Source of the DNA: Octopus sinensis
Taxonomy: Eukaryota
DNA length: 64,000 nt
NCBI RefSeq assembly: GCF_006345805.1
Contig: NC_042997.1
Location: 46,004,001-46,068,000, forward strand
Direction of reading: 5' to 3'
The notes under the pieces are model-generated. The model ran no database searches. It was not told the origin of the DNA and saw nothing but the letters and a program-made list of their open reading frames with translations. Both the position numbers and the translations under genes were made by a program. Of the stretch, positions 1-13,992 are shown piece by piece (position 1 is the stretch's first letter; every line of letters starts with the position of its first letter).

Positions 1-1330
1 ACAATAACAGTTTATAAAATAATATAACAAAATTCGTTGATGAAACGTCATCCAGGGATGACGAAAGGAGCCCACGGATCCAGAGTAACCCAGTCGACCA
101 GAAATATCATCTCCTCTCACCTTTATACTTTTCAGCCTACAACCTCATACCCATCTTTCGACAAATTTACTGAAGAGCAGTAAATAACCTCTTCACCTTC
201 ACTTTCCTTTCCAAGTGAAACTTGGATAAAAAGTGATGAAGACTTGACTGAAAATGAAAGTGTCGCTCTTCAGTTCTTTCAGTCACGTCTACCACACAAC
301 CTCTTTTACCAAAGCCACCAAAGGAAACTCTTTGCTCTTCTCGACCAATAAAAGGGGTGACATTCACGATGGTATCGGCTGATATCTGGATTCATGATAG
401 ATGTGGTAGTAGCTGTTCGATAGAGCTCCACGTATCAGTAATATGCGAACACTGTTCGAGCGCTTGCAGGTCGGTTTCGTTTCTCTACGCACATGTAGGG
501 CTGACCTAGCTGATGGTACTGCTATGCAAGTAGACTTTATCTCGAGCTGGCAATTCCAGAGAATCCAAAGGTTATTCCTGGGTGCCGGCACGAGTGTTTT
601 CCAGAAAGCATCAACAAATTGATTCTCTTCGGCATCCAGACCCTCCTCCGAGAAGTTCATCACTTTTGCTTGCCTATAGAAAGACTAAGTGAAATTTATA
701 CCGACCGTTTTGTTCGAGGTAAAGTCAGTGAGCCCTGACCACACTCTAATTGCCAGGTACGTTTCCTTGAAATATGCTTCATCCAGGACTGCAGCTCTGT
801 TAAAGACACGAATGTATAAAAGCAATTCTTACAAATAGCCATCACGTCTGCTCACTGTCAAGGAAATGCTGGGGCTGGCGCATGTCCACATTCACACATT
901 CGGTAAATCCAGTCGGTACCTGTCAGCCAGTTGAAAACGTCTGAGAATTTCACATGGCATTTGCACCACACTCTCTTATCAGATTGTTTCACACAATCTA
1001 AACGTGTATGCACGATGGCGTTTCAGTAGTCCTATAGTTCTTAAGAGAACATCCTTGAAGAAATTCGGCTGTCTCGTTCCTGTCGGATCATAATCATCTA
1101 TCAGCCTGAAGGCATCTACTTCGCTACTGTTCACTACCAACTTACCTTCTGGCACCAAGAAGACGATCGAAACAACACAGCAACTCCGCCTCCGAGATGG
1201 AGATAAGTGGATCACGGATCCACCAAAAATGAACACGAAGGCTAGTGAATCGGAAACTCCGGTCTCCCTGCCGCTCATTACATCTATATCTCGAAACTTG
1301 AGGTCGATGAGCAAGTGGCTCTACTTCTAA
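1..1330 (-). mobile_element. Decayed L1/Tx1-clade LINE, 3' part of ORF2 (post-RT region, zf-RVT-like Cys/His region) plus 3' UTR
   Basis: Manual minus-strand translation across frameshifts and stops gives MRQPQHFLDSEQT*WLFVRIAF, FVSLTELQSWMKH, LPARDKVYLH (536-553), CA*RNETDLQALEQC (449-478 and upstream) and FLSKFHLERKVKVKR. These match the LPxRDxL...CxxC...ETxxHxLxxC pattern of L1/Tx1 ORF2 C-termini as I recall it. A short GTCATCC/GGATGAC stem lies near the 3' end (51-70). Confidence 0.68.
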
Positions 1331-1865
1331 GGTAACTCATCCATTTACATTGCCTATTCTGAGTAAAGCTATGCTGAACAAAAGGAGAAAGATATGACAG
1401 GATCACTAACTTATTCTTATGGAGGGATACGTGTTTCGTATCTCTGACTCGCTGTGGTTGATTCCACAAGCCGTTCTTTGTATAGCCTTTACTTGATATT
1501 CCATACAAAGTTTCCTACTCCGTTGGCATATAGGTGTTTTTATGGCGTTGTATATGTTTAGAGTGGTTTGGATGATTTTTATATGCTGGTGTGCTATTTG
1601 TTGGTGTGATTAAGTCATTCAGAGTGATGTTTCTGTGTTGATGCGTATGTTCCAGTAATTCCATATTGTATGTATTTATGACATACTATTATTTGATGGC
1701 TCTTAGCCGTTGTCTTTGGTTTGATTATTTGATGGGTTTGCTCATGTTTGTGATGACGGATGTTTCTTTTTGTTTTCCGCGGAAGATGATCGCTTCTGTC
1801 CAGTTTCCATTTGGACACCCATGATAGGAAAACGTTGTAGTGGTACCACTGGTAGACTACTCTTT

Positions 1866-2098
1866 GAGACGCATGGCTTAGAGGTTAGGGTTTTGGACTG
1901 ATTATCGTAAAATTGTGGTACCGATTCCTGGACCGGGTGACGTGCTGTGTTCTTAAGCAAAACACTTCATTTCACGTTCCTGCAGTCCACTCAGTTGACA
2001 AAAATGGAAACGAACTGGCGTCTCGTCCAGGCAGGGAATTTATACTCCATGGAAACCGGAGAAACCAACCCTTTTGAGTTAGCATGACTCGAGAAGGT
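1866..2098 (+). mobile_element. tRNA-derived SINE (head, central GTGTTCTTRAGCAARACAC domain, GGCGTCYCGTCCAG 3' body)
   Basis: Degenerate A/B-box head GCATGGCTTAGAGGTTAGG...CGATTCCTGGACCGGG. The central domain is shared with 28070-28187 and the 3' body with 37980-38075 and 50487-50585. Confidence 0.6.
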
Positions 2099-2099
2099 A

Positions 2100-2700
2100 T
2101 TCTTGACTTTTTTTTTACTCCTCGACTTGATGCTCATCGGATCCTGACAAACAGAACAACAGTAATACTTAGGCCATTGCAGCTGCAATTGATGGCGCTA
2201 AGAAAATGCAGTTTTTGAGGTCTACTGCCGTTGTTCTTGCTGCTGTTACCGCTACTGCTTTCTACCCTGATTTTTTCTTCTGCCGCACTTCTAGCTCAAC
2301 TAGAAAGAAAGTTGCCAAGTGGACTTTACCGCAACAGATATAAGCGGACTTTCCATCACCGGTGGAATTGCTTGAGTCTCTTTGTGACTGTTGGCTATCA
2401 ACAAAATCGCATGTCCATTAAATTAGGGACCATAGTGTGGATGACAACGTTAGAGGACCATAGTGTCGATGACAACGTCTACACAAATCTTCCTGGCCAT
2501 GAGCTGTGTATTTAGTCTCCCCATAAGTTGCAGTACCAAACTGAGAACAGGTGTACAGTATCAACTCTGCTTGTGTCCTCTTTGCGTCTTCGTTCACAAA
2601 AACCAGATACATGCTTTTATAAACCTTCGCCAGTACATGCAAACGACATGCCACACAACAGCCTGGGTTCTTTTCCCACATCTATAGTCTACGATAGCTC
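2100..2700 (-). mobile_element. Possible Tx1 ORF1 (zinc-knuckle region)/ORF2-start remnant
   Basis: Higher GC than the flanks, same strand as the Tx1 3' fragment, and a Cys/His cluster WEKNPGCCVACRLHVLAK loosely resembling a CCHC knuckle. Heavily decayed, so weak. Confidence 0.3.
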
Positions 2701-3435
2701 TCTCCGTTGTTTAGAATGAAAAAAATATGGGTAAATGGAAACGGCATGTCAAACATCAGCCTCTGTTTTCTTTTCTACATCTATTTGACATCGTACGATA
2801 TTTCTCTGAGTTGTTTGGAATGAAAAAAATATGAGTAAGTTACTCTTCTCTTTTCTCTTTCCTCAGACTATTCTATAGAAAATGATAAACTTCCTTGCAA
2901 CATACTCCTCCCATTTCTTTTCTGGAATCCACCTTATTTCACTCATTAGTAATAAGTGCTAGCAAAACTGCTTGCTGTAGCTTTTACTGTTAACGTTATT
3001 TACAATGTCGTTATTTTTTCATTTGTTCAAGTATAATTATATTCTGTCTATACCTCTACAGTTGTATTCAGTTTTGCTATTTTTCTGATTTTTATTTGAA
3101 AAACTCCATGGTATTGTTTTCCAAAAATGTTTTCTATTGGGAGCGTAATCACTGTTACGAGTCATATGTTGCTTGTCCCACTTCCTGCTGCTGTAAAATA
3201 AGCTATATTATATCAGAAGTAAATATCAGTTTTACTCAAAAGAAATGAAATAAAGAAATAACGTCTGTATAAGAAAAGAACGTTCCGCCACTCCAGGCAA
3301 AGGAAAAGCCGTCCAAACTTTCCAAACTCCTTTGTTTAGAAAATTAACAAAAAACATAGACCTAAAAAAACAGAAACATACATTAAATTATCGTAGTAAA
3401 TTCCAACTTTTTGTAGAGCTTTCTCGGAGACATTT

Positions 3436-3520
3436 CAAATACACCAACAACAATAAGAACAACAACAGCATCAGTATCAGCAGCAACAGCAACAACAACA
3501 ATAATAACAGCAACGATAAT
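3436..3520. repeat. (AAC/CAG/AAT)n compound trinucleotide microsatellite
   Basis: Directly visible. Confidence 0.85.
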
Positions 3521-4317
3521 ATCTCTGAGTTTCGAGTGTGTTAGTATGTACATTGATCATAATTCAAATTGCTCTGTCTTTATACACATGAATACATTTG
3601 TATACAGGCTGCGTACGATCGTAAGCAATTGCATACATAGATACGAGATTACAAAATGCACACGCGCACATAGATATATGTGTGTATGTGCGTGTGTGTT
3701 TTAGACATTGAAACAGAAACAACATATTCTACATCTATTCATTAGTGATGCTTTATTTCAATTATCTGCTGTTTGTTAATTTATGAGACCTAGTTCTATA
3801 TTCTATACACGCGGCGCATCGTGTCAATAATTAACCACACTGAAATGAGATTGGTTCTTTCCATCAAATTTTCCGTAGAAATTTTTTTTTCTTTAATCTC
3901 ATTCATTGGCTGATGGTATTGTTATTGCTACTGTTGTTGTTATTGTCGATGTTTTCTGCTTCTGTCTATCTTTGAAGGTATTGTCGAGAGAATGAAGTCT
4001 ATGGAATTGTATCAAGCAAGCAATTGCTTTGCAGAATGCACAGAAGGGAAATTTCATGGTGTCTGCTCCAAGGGGAACATTTGAAATCAAGTCGGCAAGC
4101 TAATACAGCACTCGTTAATTAAATCCTACTTCCACTCCTGACAGGGGTTAGCTATTCTAAAACATAACCCTTACATAGAACTAGATGACTTGGGGAATAC
4201 ACAGTGAAAAAAAGTTCAGCGCCCCTAACAAGTTGTGAAACTCCTATTTCTTCATTTACATACAGTTTCAGTTATCAGCGAGGCTAACTGCAGCCCTCGT
4301 TTAATTATAGGATTAAT

Positions 4318-4660
4318 GGAAGCGCAATGGCCCAGTGGTTAGGGCAGCGGACTCGCGGTCATAGGATCGCGGTTTCGATTCCCAGACCGGGCGTTGTTAG
4401 TGTTTATTGAGCGAAAACACCTAAAGCTCCACGAGGCTCCGACAGCTTTCTCTCACTCTTACTTCCTGTTTCTCTTGTACCTGTATTTCAAAGGGCCGGC
4501 CTTGTCACTCTCTGTGTCACGCTGAATATCCCCGAGAACTACGCTAAGGGTACACGTGTCTGTGGAGTGCTCAGCCACTTACACGTTAATTTCACGAGCA
4601 GGCTGTTCCGTTGATTCGGATCAACCGGAACCCTCGTCGTCGGAACCGACGGAGTGCTTT
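4318..4660 (+). mobile_element. tRNA-derived SINE with 10-bp TSD
   Basis: A-box TGGCCCAGTGG and B-box GGTTTCGATTCC. TSD ATAGGATTAA at 4307-4316 and 4663-4672. Same family as 31361-31740 and 63326-63680, with a ~40 bp internal deletion relative to them. Confidence 0.9.
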
Positions 4661-5089
4661 CAATAGGATTAACGGTTATTATGTTCTCCCACAGACATAC
4701 GTAGTTCCCTGTCTACTAGAGATTAAGCAAACAGTAAAAACAAACCGATAGCACGCTTAGTCTATCACTAGTTACTTTACCCATGGGTGAAAGTGATCTT
4801 AACTTTGTAAAACCATCGAATCACACGACAATTTATCAAGGCTGTCTCTAGCTACAGTGGTTAATCATAAAATAGTATAAAGGTCAGTAACATAATATAA
4901 ACTGCCAGCCCCTAGCGTATTGTCAAGTACTCTACAATACGATTCTCCGCATTCTGGCTAGGATTTGTAATAAATAAATTATAAATATCAAAAGCAAAGA
5001 AGCTGGCGATTCTATGTTCTCTCCCACTAATGGTTATAGACAAATTTGATTATTAGATAGGAATATTAATACAAATATATTTGAGGTGC

Positions 5090-5345
5090 AATGTGCCATG
5101 CATGGCACATACACCCTCATGTTTACACACACACGCGCGCACACAAACGCGCACACACTCACACACACACACGTATGTATGTATGTGTGTTTGTGTGTAT
5201 GCAAGTGTATACAAGTACAAACCCCCAAACACATATAAAATTGTTATATAACGTATTATATGAAATAATATATATCATGCATATAACATTATGTATATCT
5301 GACAAGATGCGTGCGCGTACATTCGCACACACGCAGACGCTCGCA
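5090..5345. repeat. (CA)n/(TG)n/(TA)n low-complexity tract
   Basis: Directly visible. Confidence 0.8.
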
Positions 5346-6018
5346 CAAACGATTTTCTTGCTACTTTCACTGAAATAAAATAATCAGGCAGAATTATTCG
5401 AGATTATTTAGACCGTAATAATAATTTCATGTGACCGTTGTATTGTAAGCATAGGAAGACATTCGTCCTTTTTAGCATTGGAGTCATTGATTATTACAAT
5501 AAAATGTTTATCTAGGATATATTTTTATGTGTTGACTTCACAAGAAAATAGCACATAAATATATACGGGATGGATCATTGAATAAAACTGTTAACAGAAA
5601 CACGAAGAAACATGCCTGGACTTGAAGCAATATAAAATTAACGAGGATGGTCTTTATCATGCAGAACTAATCACTCACGTATACTAAATTTCAAGTTTTC
5701 AGCATTAAATTTTACACTTTCAGAGGAAGAAATTTCTTCTGTAGGCATTAAAAATATCGTTGGTACAATCGAGTTATATATCCTTTCACATATACTGCTT
5801 GATAAAAACTACAGCTGTTCAGTAAATGATATGTTAAACTTAGTCACACGTGTTGATAAACGCAGGTAGAAACATATGACGGAAATGTAAATAGATATGT
5901 TGATTTTAGTTGTCAGGATAGCTGAGCACCTTAAGGTGCTGCGTTCAGATCACGGTCGAATTTTCCCGGTATGTGTTCGAATTCCACTCTTGGTAATACA
6001 GTGATAATATTTTTATAG

Positions 6019-6286
<268 letters not shown>

Positions 6287-6515
6287 ATATATGAGCGTGT
6301 GTTTGTTTGTATTTTCCCCCACAACACCGCTTGACAACCAGTGTTGGTTTGTTTGTGTCCCGGTAACATAACAGTTCGGCAAAAAGGGAGTGTCGAATAA
6401 GCGGCAGGCTTAAAAACAATGAGTACCGTATTCGATATGTTGCATGAAACCCTTCAAAGAGGTGTTCCAGTATGACCGCAATAGAATGCCTGAAGCAAGC
6501 AAAAGATAAACAGCG
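6287..6515 (+). mobile_element. 3' half of a tRNA-derived SINE (CCGCTTGACAACC...CAGYATGRCCGCA family)
   Basis: Matches the body and tail of the copy at 61710-62131 and the pieces at 32745-32960. A degenerate head lies within 6035-6075. Confidence 0.7.
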
Positions 6516-7677
6516 CCTACGTCTTTCTGAAGAAAGGCCACTTCCGAAACGTTACTTTATGTCTTATGTCTTACCAACACGAACTATATTTATTTTCAAT
6601 GCTATTTATACCAACACAGAGTGAAGACTACTAAGTTTTAGTGATTATCACTGTTGTAGACATGCTGCTATTAAGTAACAGGATATTTACATTATAACTG
6701 AATATTTACAATAAGTATTCTAATCTGTTTAACGGTTCATTCATTGATGTTTTCAACAAAAATATATAACGATAATTGATAGTGCTTTGTTCTGGTGTCT
6801 TCATCCCTCAGTGGTACGTCTTGCATTTTTTCTACCTCTGTAACCATTACGTTGTTATAAAAATAAATTAGTCTGTCTCTTTCAATCTTTCCAGTAAATA
6901 AGCAATGGAAACATCTTCCTGGTTTCTTTCTAAATAATTCAAAAGCTATTGCGTTTCAAAGAAGCGACTAAATTCCTGAGAAGATGTTAACCGAAATTTC
7001 GCCGAACGCAATTACTCTTCACTTTTTAAGACGTACTTTGCGGATGTTTCACTAAGTGTAGGATTTTGTTCTGCAAATACCAAACTTTTTACCACAATGT
7101 GAAAATATCATACTGTGTGGAGGATACTGAAAATAATTTTACGCTATTTTCTTCCGAAGTGTTTCCTATGGATGTACAATGATGTCGAGCGCACAAAAGC
7201 ATACGTAAGTGATAACTGAATTTCTTCACGCCATTATTTAGATCATATACGTATATTTGCTCATTCATTTTAATGTTATCAAATAGATATATAGAAGCTG
7301 AGTTGAAGATTGTCTTGGTTGAAAGCAAGGGGTGTTGGGTTTGAAATCAGGACAGCTGACTAACGACATTGTCTGCATTAACACCGGACACAATGATGAG
7401 CTTTATCTCCTAACGTGACTTATGTACAGCTTTGTGAACTTGTCTTCTGAGAGGTAAATGTATTCGGACAACGTAGTACAATATATTCAAGTCCTGTTTG
7501 CATTATATTCATTAAATAATATTCGTTGTTAGTTCAGTGACATTATGAGGTGGGATGAAAAGCATGGAAAAGCATCATACACATGCATAATATAAGATAG
7601 CCTGTCTTTGTAGAGTGACAGAATTTGTAGTCATTGCAGAAAATACAAGCAGTATTTTGTATCCGGTTGTTATGTTT

Positions 7678-7870
7678 TAAAGCGGCGAACTGGCTGAGTC
7701 ATTAGCACACCGCGCAAAATGCTTGGCGGCATTTTGTCCTTCCTTACCTTCTGTGCTCAAATGCCCTTCATCCTTTTGGTACGATAAATAAGTACCAGTT
7801 AAGTACTGAAGTCGATTTAATCGATTAGTCCTTTCCCCATAGATTACTGGCTCTCAGTAAAATTTGGAAA
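7678..7870 (+). mobile_element. Degenerate tRNA-derived SINE (GGCGRCGARCTGGC head family)
   Basis: GCGGCGAACTGGCTGAGTCATTAGCAC head and CCTTCATCCTTT...ATAAATAAGTACCAG body, as in 13993-14408. Confidence 0.7.
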
Positions 7871-8396
7871 CCAATAGAATGAGATATTTTTGTCATTTCT
7901 TTCTCCAGACCAGTAGGAGTAACGGAACAAAATTTTGTTCGTTAGTGAAATATTCATTAAATTCTATGATACTCCTAGAGCTAAGTCTAATTGCAGAGTG
8001 TACAATATGACAGATATTTAGCAAGGTGGAAGGGTCCGTCTATGACTTAATCGTCATGACCATAAACATTGAAATACCAGTAGCAGAAAAATGACTCCCC
8101 TATCTCTCAACTGATATTCTTGACCGCTTTTTCGACATATCAAATGCACTGAATACAAGCTCTAAACATTTACAGTATCCTGCTATCACACATTCTATTA
8201 CGGAATGAGGCCCACATTCTGTAAAATAATTACCAATTGAATATAATGACCATATCAATCAATTACGCACTTCCTACTCCATTACAAAAATTTAGACAAA
8301 CAGCCTACTATAAAAGACAAACAAAAAATCAACAAAATCACTCGACTTTTAATTATGAAAGTGAAACCTAGCTATTAAAAATATATGGCATATCCG

Positions 8397-8440
<44 letters not shown>

Positions 8441-10034
8441 CACACATCATTTTTCATTTTTCAGCGCCGAGAAGACAATTTTTACCCTATAATAAGTCGC
8501 CGAGATTTACTATGCACCATAAAAGATGATATTTAAATTTTTCATAAGCTAATTTGAACTCAGGAGATGGGTTATCAATGCTAAACATTCAGTGTTTCCG
8601 TATTGGAAAGTTCAAGGAAAAGATACAGACAATAAGTGAACAATCAGATCTACATAAGTTTAAACCACAAAGCAACTTGGTAAAAATATGGCAGTGATGA
8701 GATCTCGTTTCATCTTTATGTTCAGGTTTTTTTTTCTTTTGCAAAATTTCGGTTGAAAACTGTGTCACGTTTTCCAACTCGAGGTTTCCTCGATGTGGAA
8801 GAACACTGCACTTACTATCTCGCAACAAACAAAAAAAAAAAGAAAGAAAGAAAAAGAAAATATGGAATGATCAAGCTGGAACGTAATTGATCATAACGTT
8901 TAATAAACTTGGATTTCTAGATTGATCTATCTGAAACATATTAGAGTGGCCGTCGTTCAAATAAGAGTAGCCTCTCAACCCAATCCGCTATGGACCAACG
9001 GCCGTTCCTTCTAAAATCTCAAAGTTTATGAAAACAGTTGATAACAAACCCCTTTTCGCCTTTTGACTCCCTTGTGCCTCAGTTCTCTTTAGCAGATACT
9101 AGCCGTACCCACTTCAACTGCAGGTCTGGTGAATACTGCGTTTTGGTTATAAGTCCCTTCCTCCGGAATATTTAAACCTACTTGTTACTTCTTCAAAACT
9201 ATACTCCTAAATAATAGATATAATCTTTCAACTTTTTAACATTCCAAGACACAACCATACCTCTCAGGTAATCTAGAAACTCAACTCTAATCTTGCACTG
9301 TGACCTTGGTAATATACTTTAACTAAGACGAATTTTACTGATTCTCATTACTGCGATTTCACCAACATAAAGACATAGTTTCTTTCTATATCAACGAAAC
9401 ATTCTTCTAATACTGATTCACTAATCAATAGAAACGCATAATTAAACCCCTTAAAGCTGCTACAAATATTAATCTTCAATTTCTGATAATCTTTAATAAT
9501 ATATCTCGTTACATATAACAGAAAAATAGTAAATTTCCCCCATCAAGTCTTAACAACACTTCTGTCGTGGTCAGTTGCTGAACCTATACTAAGCCGAAAT
9601 GACGACTCATAATTAAATCAGTACTGATTCATCTGGGTCTGCGTTGCAACAATACACTGAAATATAAGAACCCTCAGGCTTTGTGGTAAATGTCAGTCCA
9701 CAAACACGCAACATGAACTTGCAGATGTTCTATTTACTCTGGTTATTACAGCAGCCCCTGTTGTTATTAAACAGCTGGGGTCACACTCCCCATTCAACTT
9801 CATTTTACTGTCATCATCCTACTTGTCCCGTTTCTCATTTCCCTGCATCAAACTTTTTAGCAAGTCCTTCTTTTCCAAAAGAGCACCCGCTGAAATTCCC
9901 CCCCCCAACGCTTACATATTTCCTTCAGATGTTGACTTGCAGAAGTTGAAGATGAATATCAATTTCATTCATCTCACCAGTCTGATAGAAGACACACAAA
10001 TAGCATAGACATTAAATCACTTTGAAGCCTATAC

Positions 10035-10449
10035 TATTTCTTTATTGCCCACAAGAGGCTAAACATAGAGAGGACAAACAAGGACAGACAAGGGGATTAA
10101 GTCGATTACATCGACCCCAGTGCGCAACTGGTACTTAATTTATTGACCCCGAAAGGATGAAAGGCAAAGTCGACCTCGGCAGAATTTGAACTCAGAACGT
10201 AGCGGCGGACGAAATACCTATTTCTTTACTACCCACAAGGGGATAAACACAGAGAGGACAAACAAGGACAGACAAACGGATTAAGTCGATTATAACGACC
10301 CCAGTGCGTAACTGGTACTTAATTTATCGACCCCGAAAGGATGAAAGGCAAAGTCGACCTCGGCGGAATTTGAACTCAGAACGTAGCAGCAGTCGAAATA
10401 CCGCTAAGCATTTAGCCCGGTGTGATAACGTTTCTGCCAGCTCACTGCC
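10035..10449 (-). mobile_element. Dimeric tRNA-derived SINE with 12-bp TSD
   Basis: Two tandem ~185-bp bodies, only the 5' one with a head. Reverse complement of the 13993-14408 family. TSD CTTTGAAGCCTA at 10020-10031 and 10453-10464. Confidence 0.9.
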
Positions 10450-10514
10450 TTCCTTTGAAGCCTACCTTACGGAATGAAAAACGATATTCCTGCCAATTGT
10501 TAAATCGCAGTAAA

Positions 10515-10746
10515 ATATTGATTTAGAATTTTGGCACAAGGCCAGCAATTTCGAGCTAACGTTAAGCCAATTACATTGACACCAGTGTTCAACTGATACT
10601 TATTTTATCGACCTCGAAAGGATGAAAGGCAAAGCCGATCTCGGTGGAGTTTGAACTCTGAAGACGGACGGACGAAAGGAAGACGGACGAAATGCTGCTA
10701 AGCATTTTCTCCGGTGTGATAACGATTCTGCTAGCTCACCGCCTTA
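10515..10746 (-). mobile_element. tRNA-derived SINE (short-tail form)
   Basis: ATTTTATCGACCYCGAAAGGATGAAAGGCAAAG core, head ...GCTCACCGCC. Confidence 0.85.
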
Positions 10747-10764
10747 AGTTGCAGTAAAATAATG

Positions 10765-10980
10765 ATTTCAAATTTTGACACAAGGCCAGTAATTTTGGGA
10801 GAGGAGATAAGTCGAATACATTGACCCCAATACTCAACTGGTACTTATTTTATCGACACCGAAAAGATGAAAGGCAAAGTTGCCCTCGATGGAATTTGAA
10901 TTCAGAACATGTAGACAGAAGAAATGTCATTAAGCATTATCGCCTGGGAGTGCTAACGATTTTGCCAGCTCGCCGGCTTA
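10765..10980 (-). mobile_element. tRNA-derived SINE (short-tail form)
   Basis: Same core as the adjacent copy, head ...GCCAGCTCGCCGGC. Confidence 0.85.
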
Positions 10981-11054
10981 AGTGGCTGTAAAATATTGCT
11001 AACGATAGCGCACAATCGTCATTATCATCAACCCCTCGAAGTGAATATCTCGAG

Positions 11055-11310
11055 TCCTAGGACTCACAGGATTGGTTACCCAGTTTCCATGGCGTTTAAG
11101 TGATCCAGATCCTAACAAACACCCCCCCACCACCACCACGAACGGGTTGCCAGTCCATTGCACGGTTACTAATTTACACCTGAGTAGATTGCAACAACAT
11201 GGAAGGAGGTGTTTTAGTTAAGAACACACCTCAAACACCAGTCAGTGATTCGAAAGCATTGATCTTACGATTATGAGTGAAACACCCTAACCTCTGGTTC
11301 ACGCGCCACA
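11055..11310 (+). mobile_element. Degenerate SINE-like interspersed repeat
   Basis: CCCAGTTTCCATGGCG...GCCAGTCCATTGCACGGTTAC...TTTACACCTGAGTAG resembles mollusc SINE central domains as I recall them. Confidence 0.4.
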
Positions 11311-11999
11311 CACCTTTACTTCATCAGTACGCAGATACCAATAAATACCATGGGTATTACTTTACTTCTGTCTCCACAGCTGAATATTACCTCACAGAAA
11401 GTAAAAATAAGCTGCAAGCCATTGTTAATTCGTAGTTGTATATTCTTAATGACTATATTGTATATGTCTAATGACTTCTGATTCGATAGTTCGTTGGTTC
11501 GAACATTGACAGCGAAGGTCCGGACTGAAACAGTGACTTCCGTTATCTGGCAGCCATGTAGATGCTTTACAAGAGACGAGTTTTTCATGTTTTGTGTGTT
11601 CATTAAATTTGTTACGTACAATATGGTTGATAGAGTGCAGTGCATAAGATCTAAATCATTTATCAATATTTCTATTCAAGCAGTTTTATTGGGTTCACAT
11701 TCAGTTGAAATCAAGGAGTGAGGATCTATTATTTGGCCAAGTGAAATTTTCGATTAAGTTTCGAAAATTCTACACAAAAAGGATAAGTTCAACGGCTTGT
11801 TTCGCATTGAATTCATTAGCTGGATGAAGTCTTATAAATACAGTTTATTTCATTATAAGGAATCCTTGCTATCTTTACGAAAGAATGATAAACCTTACAA
11901 GAATTGATAGCATCAACATTCTTTGAATCTGCATCAGCTCGCAACTGCAGTCTTTCTTCAATGCAGCATTAGATCCATTTGTAGGCATTGTCGTTCTCT

Positions 12000-12175
12000 T
12001 GCAACATACACACATACACACACACACACATACATACATACACACACACACACACATACATACATACATACATACATACATACATACATGCGAACGTACG
12101 TACGTACATACAGTTGTAAACACACGTACGTACATGCATGCGTACATACACACATACATGCATACATATACTTCA
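12000..12175. repeat. (CA)n/(TACA)n microsatellite
   Basis: Directly visible. Confidence 0.9.
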
Positions 12176-12319
12176 ATTAGAGACTTGTTCACTTTCTTCT
12201 TTGACATGTCTTACTGCTTCAACTTCTTCTGCTCCCCTTATTTCTAACATTGCTTCTTCTTCTCCTTCTCCATTCTTTACCTCATCACAGTTGTTTAGAA
12301 TCGGACCACAGCAATTGAA

Positions 12320-12332
12320 GTTAGAGAAAGAT

Positions 12333-12374
<42 letters not shown>

Positions 12375-12480
12375 GAGAGAAAGAGATGGAGAAAGAGAGA
12401 GACAGATAGATAGATAATGAAAGAGAGAGAAAGAGAGGCCGGGGAAGGAGGAGGGAGAGATGGAGACAGAGAAAAAAGGA
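12320..12480. repeat. (GA)n-rich purine tract
   Basis: Directly visible. Confidence 0.9.
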
Positions 12481-12664
12481 AAGGGTATGTGCGTCGGTGT
12501 GTGTGTAAGAAAGTAAATTTAGCATGATTTATCAGTTCAGATTAGCTTCATAATAATAATACAAAAAATGTTGCACCTTCAGTAGATAGATACTTTACGA
12601 AATAATATACTAACATCAATAATGAGATATAGCCACAAGATTTCATAATGAAGTGAACATCTGT

Positions 12665-12739
<75 letters not shown>

Positions 12740-12803
12740 TATATATATATATTTATATATATTTATATATATATTTATATACATATATATATATTTATAT
12801 ATA

Positions 12804-12856
<53 letters not shown>

Positions 12857-12885
12857 TATATATTTATATTTATATATTATATATA

Positions 12886-12942
<57 letters not shown>

Positions 12943-12982
12943 ATATATATATATGCATATATGTATGTGTGTGTGTGCGTGT
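12665..12982. repeat. Long interrupted (TA)n microsatellite ending in (TG)n
   Basis: Directly visible. Confidence 0.95.
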
Positions 12983-13992
12983 AGAAAGCTAGGATAAAAC
13001 AATAAACTTCCACAATATCCTTTCTTTCTTTTTTCGAAAAAAAATTATTCTAATTATTTTTTTTATTCTTCGAACGCTAGTAACTTCTCCTAAAGCTATT
13101 ACACACTTCAGAATTTCAAATTACCATTTCAAACGATATTTCCTTTCTGATTATCAGCGACATGATACAATAGTTTATTCTCTTATACAATCCAGGCTTA
13201 CTTCTAAACAGATATGAAGAAAAAACGCAAAAAATTTTTAAAAAATCAAACGATAAGCGAGCAAATACTTGTCTTACATTTTATTCTCTCTTTTGTGTAG
13301 CAATTGTTCCAAGCACCACGTAATTTTTATCATCTCGTCTTAATTAATTCTGAGTTAATTAGTTAGAAGTATGTTGAAAGAAGTATTTGTTTCGGTTATA
13401 TTAAAGGTGAAGATAAATATTATCATGTCAAGTCGAGAAATAAGTCATCGACTTAAGTAATAAATAACGATAAAAACATTAGGAATATCTTATTAAAATA
13501 CTGTAATTTAAGTGAATTTTCAGAAGTAAGATTTGATTAACTGAAAAAATTCATACAAAAATGTCTTCTTCAATGCTTAAGATGAAGTAGAAAACTTCAA
13601 GTGATTATTATGAATATTGCTCATATCAAGAGATGCCTTATATCGACAGGCTTAGAGCAGCATAACCTGCAAAAAGTTGCTTTTATTTTAATCAAACTGT
13701 ATGTTTTGTATTTTTATACATCTTTTCGTTACCAGCTGAAATAAAACTTTCTGAAACATGAGCACACCAAGAAGAGGTAATTATATAACTCCATCATGTT
13801 TCAATGTAATTTTTCTTTCTCTAAAAATGAATAAATTGCAAGCATAAATTTCTGGAAGTGCAAGCTCATCAAACAAAATTGGCTGGTTGAAAATTTATCG
13901 TATGTTTCTTAAATAAATATTGTTGCTACACGTTCTGAGCTCGCAAATGAAACCGCATATATAGACACGCTCGCATATATACAAATACATAT

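Noticed and set aside
36-76. TTGATGA..GTCATCC/GGATGAC..GAAA resembling a hammerhead core
   Set aside because: It lacks the first C, has three extra bases before stem II, and has no stem I/III partner. It lies in the Tx1 3' UTR on the opposite strand.
3945-4090. Acceptor-like sites followed by ECTEGKFHGVCSKG (EGF-like look)
   Set aside because: The frame stops after about 16 codons, there is no convincing donor, and no partner exons are visible.
4318-4395. tRNA-like sequences with A and B boxes (also 28110-28187, 31665-31740, 37782-37855, 62060-62131, 63326-63385)
   Set aside because: Each continues into a shared SINE body, several have TSDs, and none gives a complete cloverleaf. They are SINE heads, not tRNA genes.
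10035-10980. Regularly recurring motifs that could suggest a CRISPR-like array
   Set aside because: These are adjacent SINE copies of ~200 bp in a eukaryotic context, with no short repeat and unique spacer periodicity.
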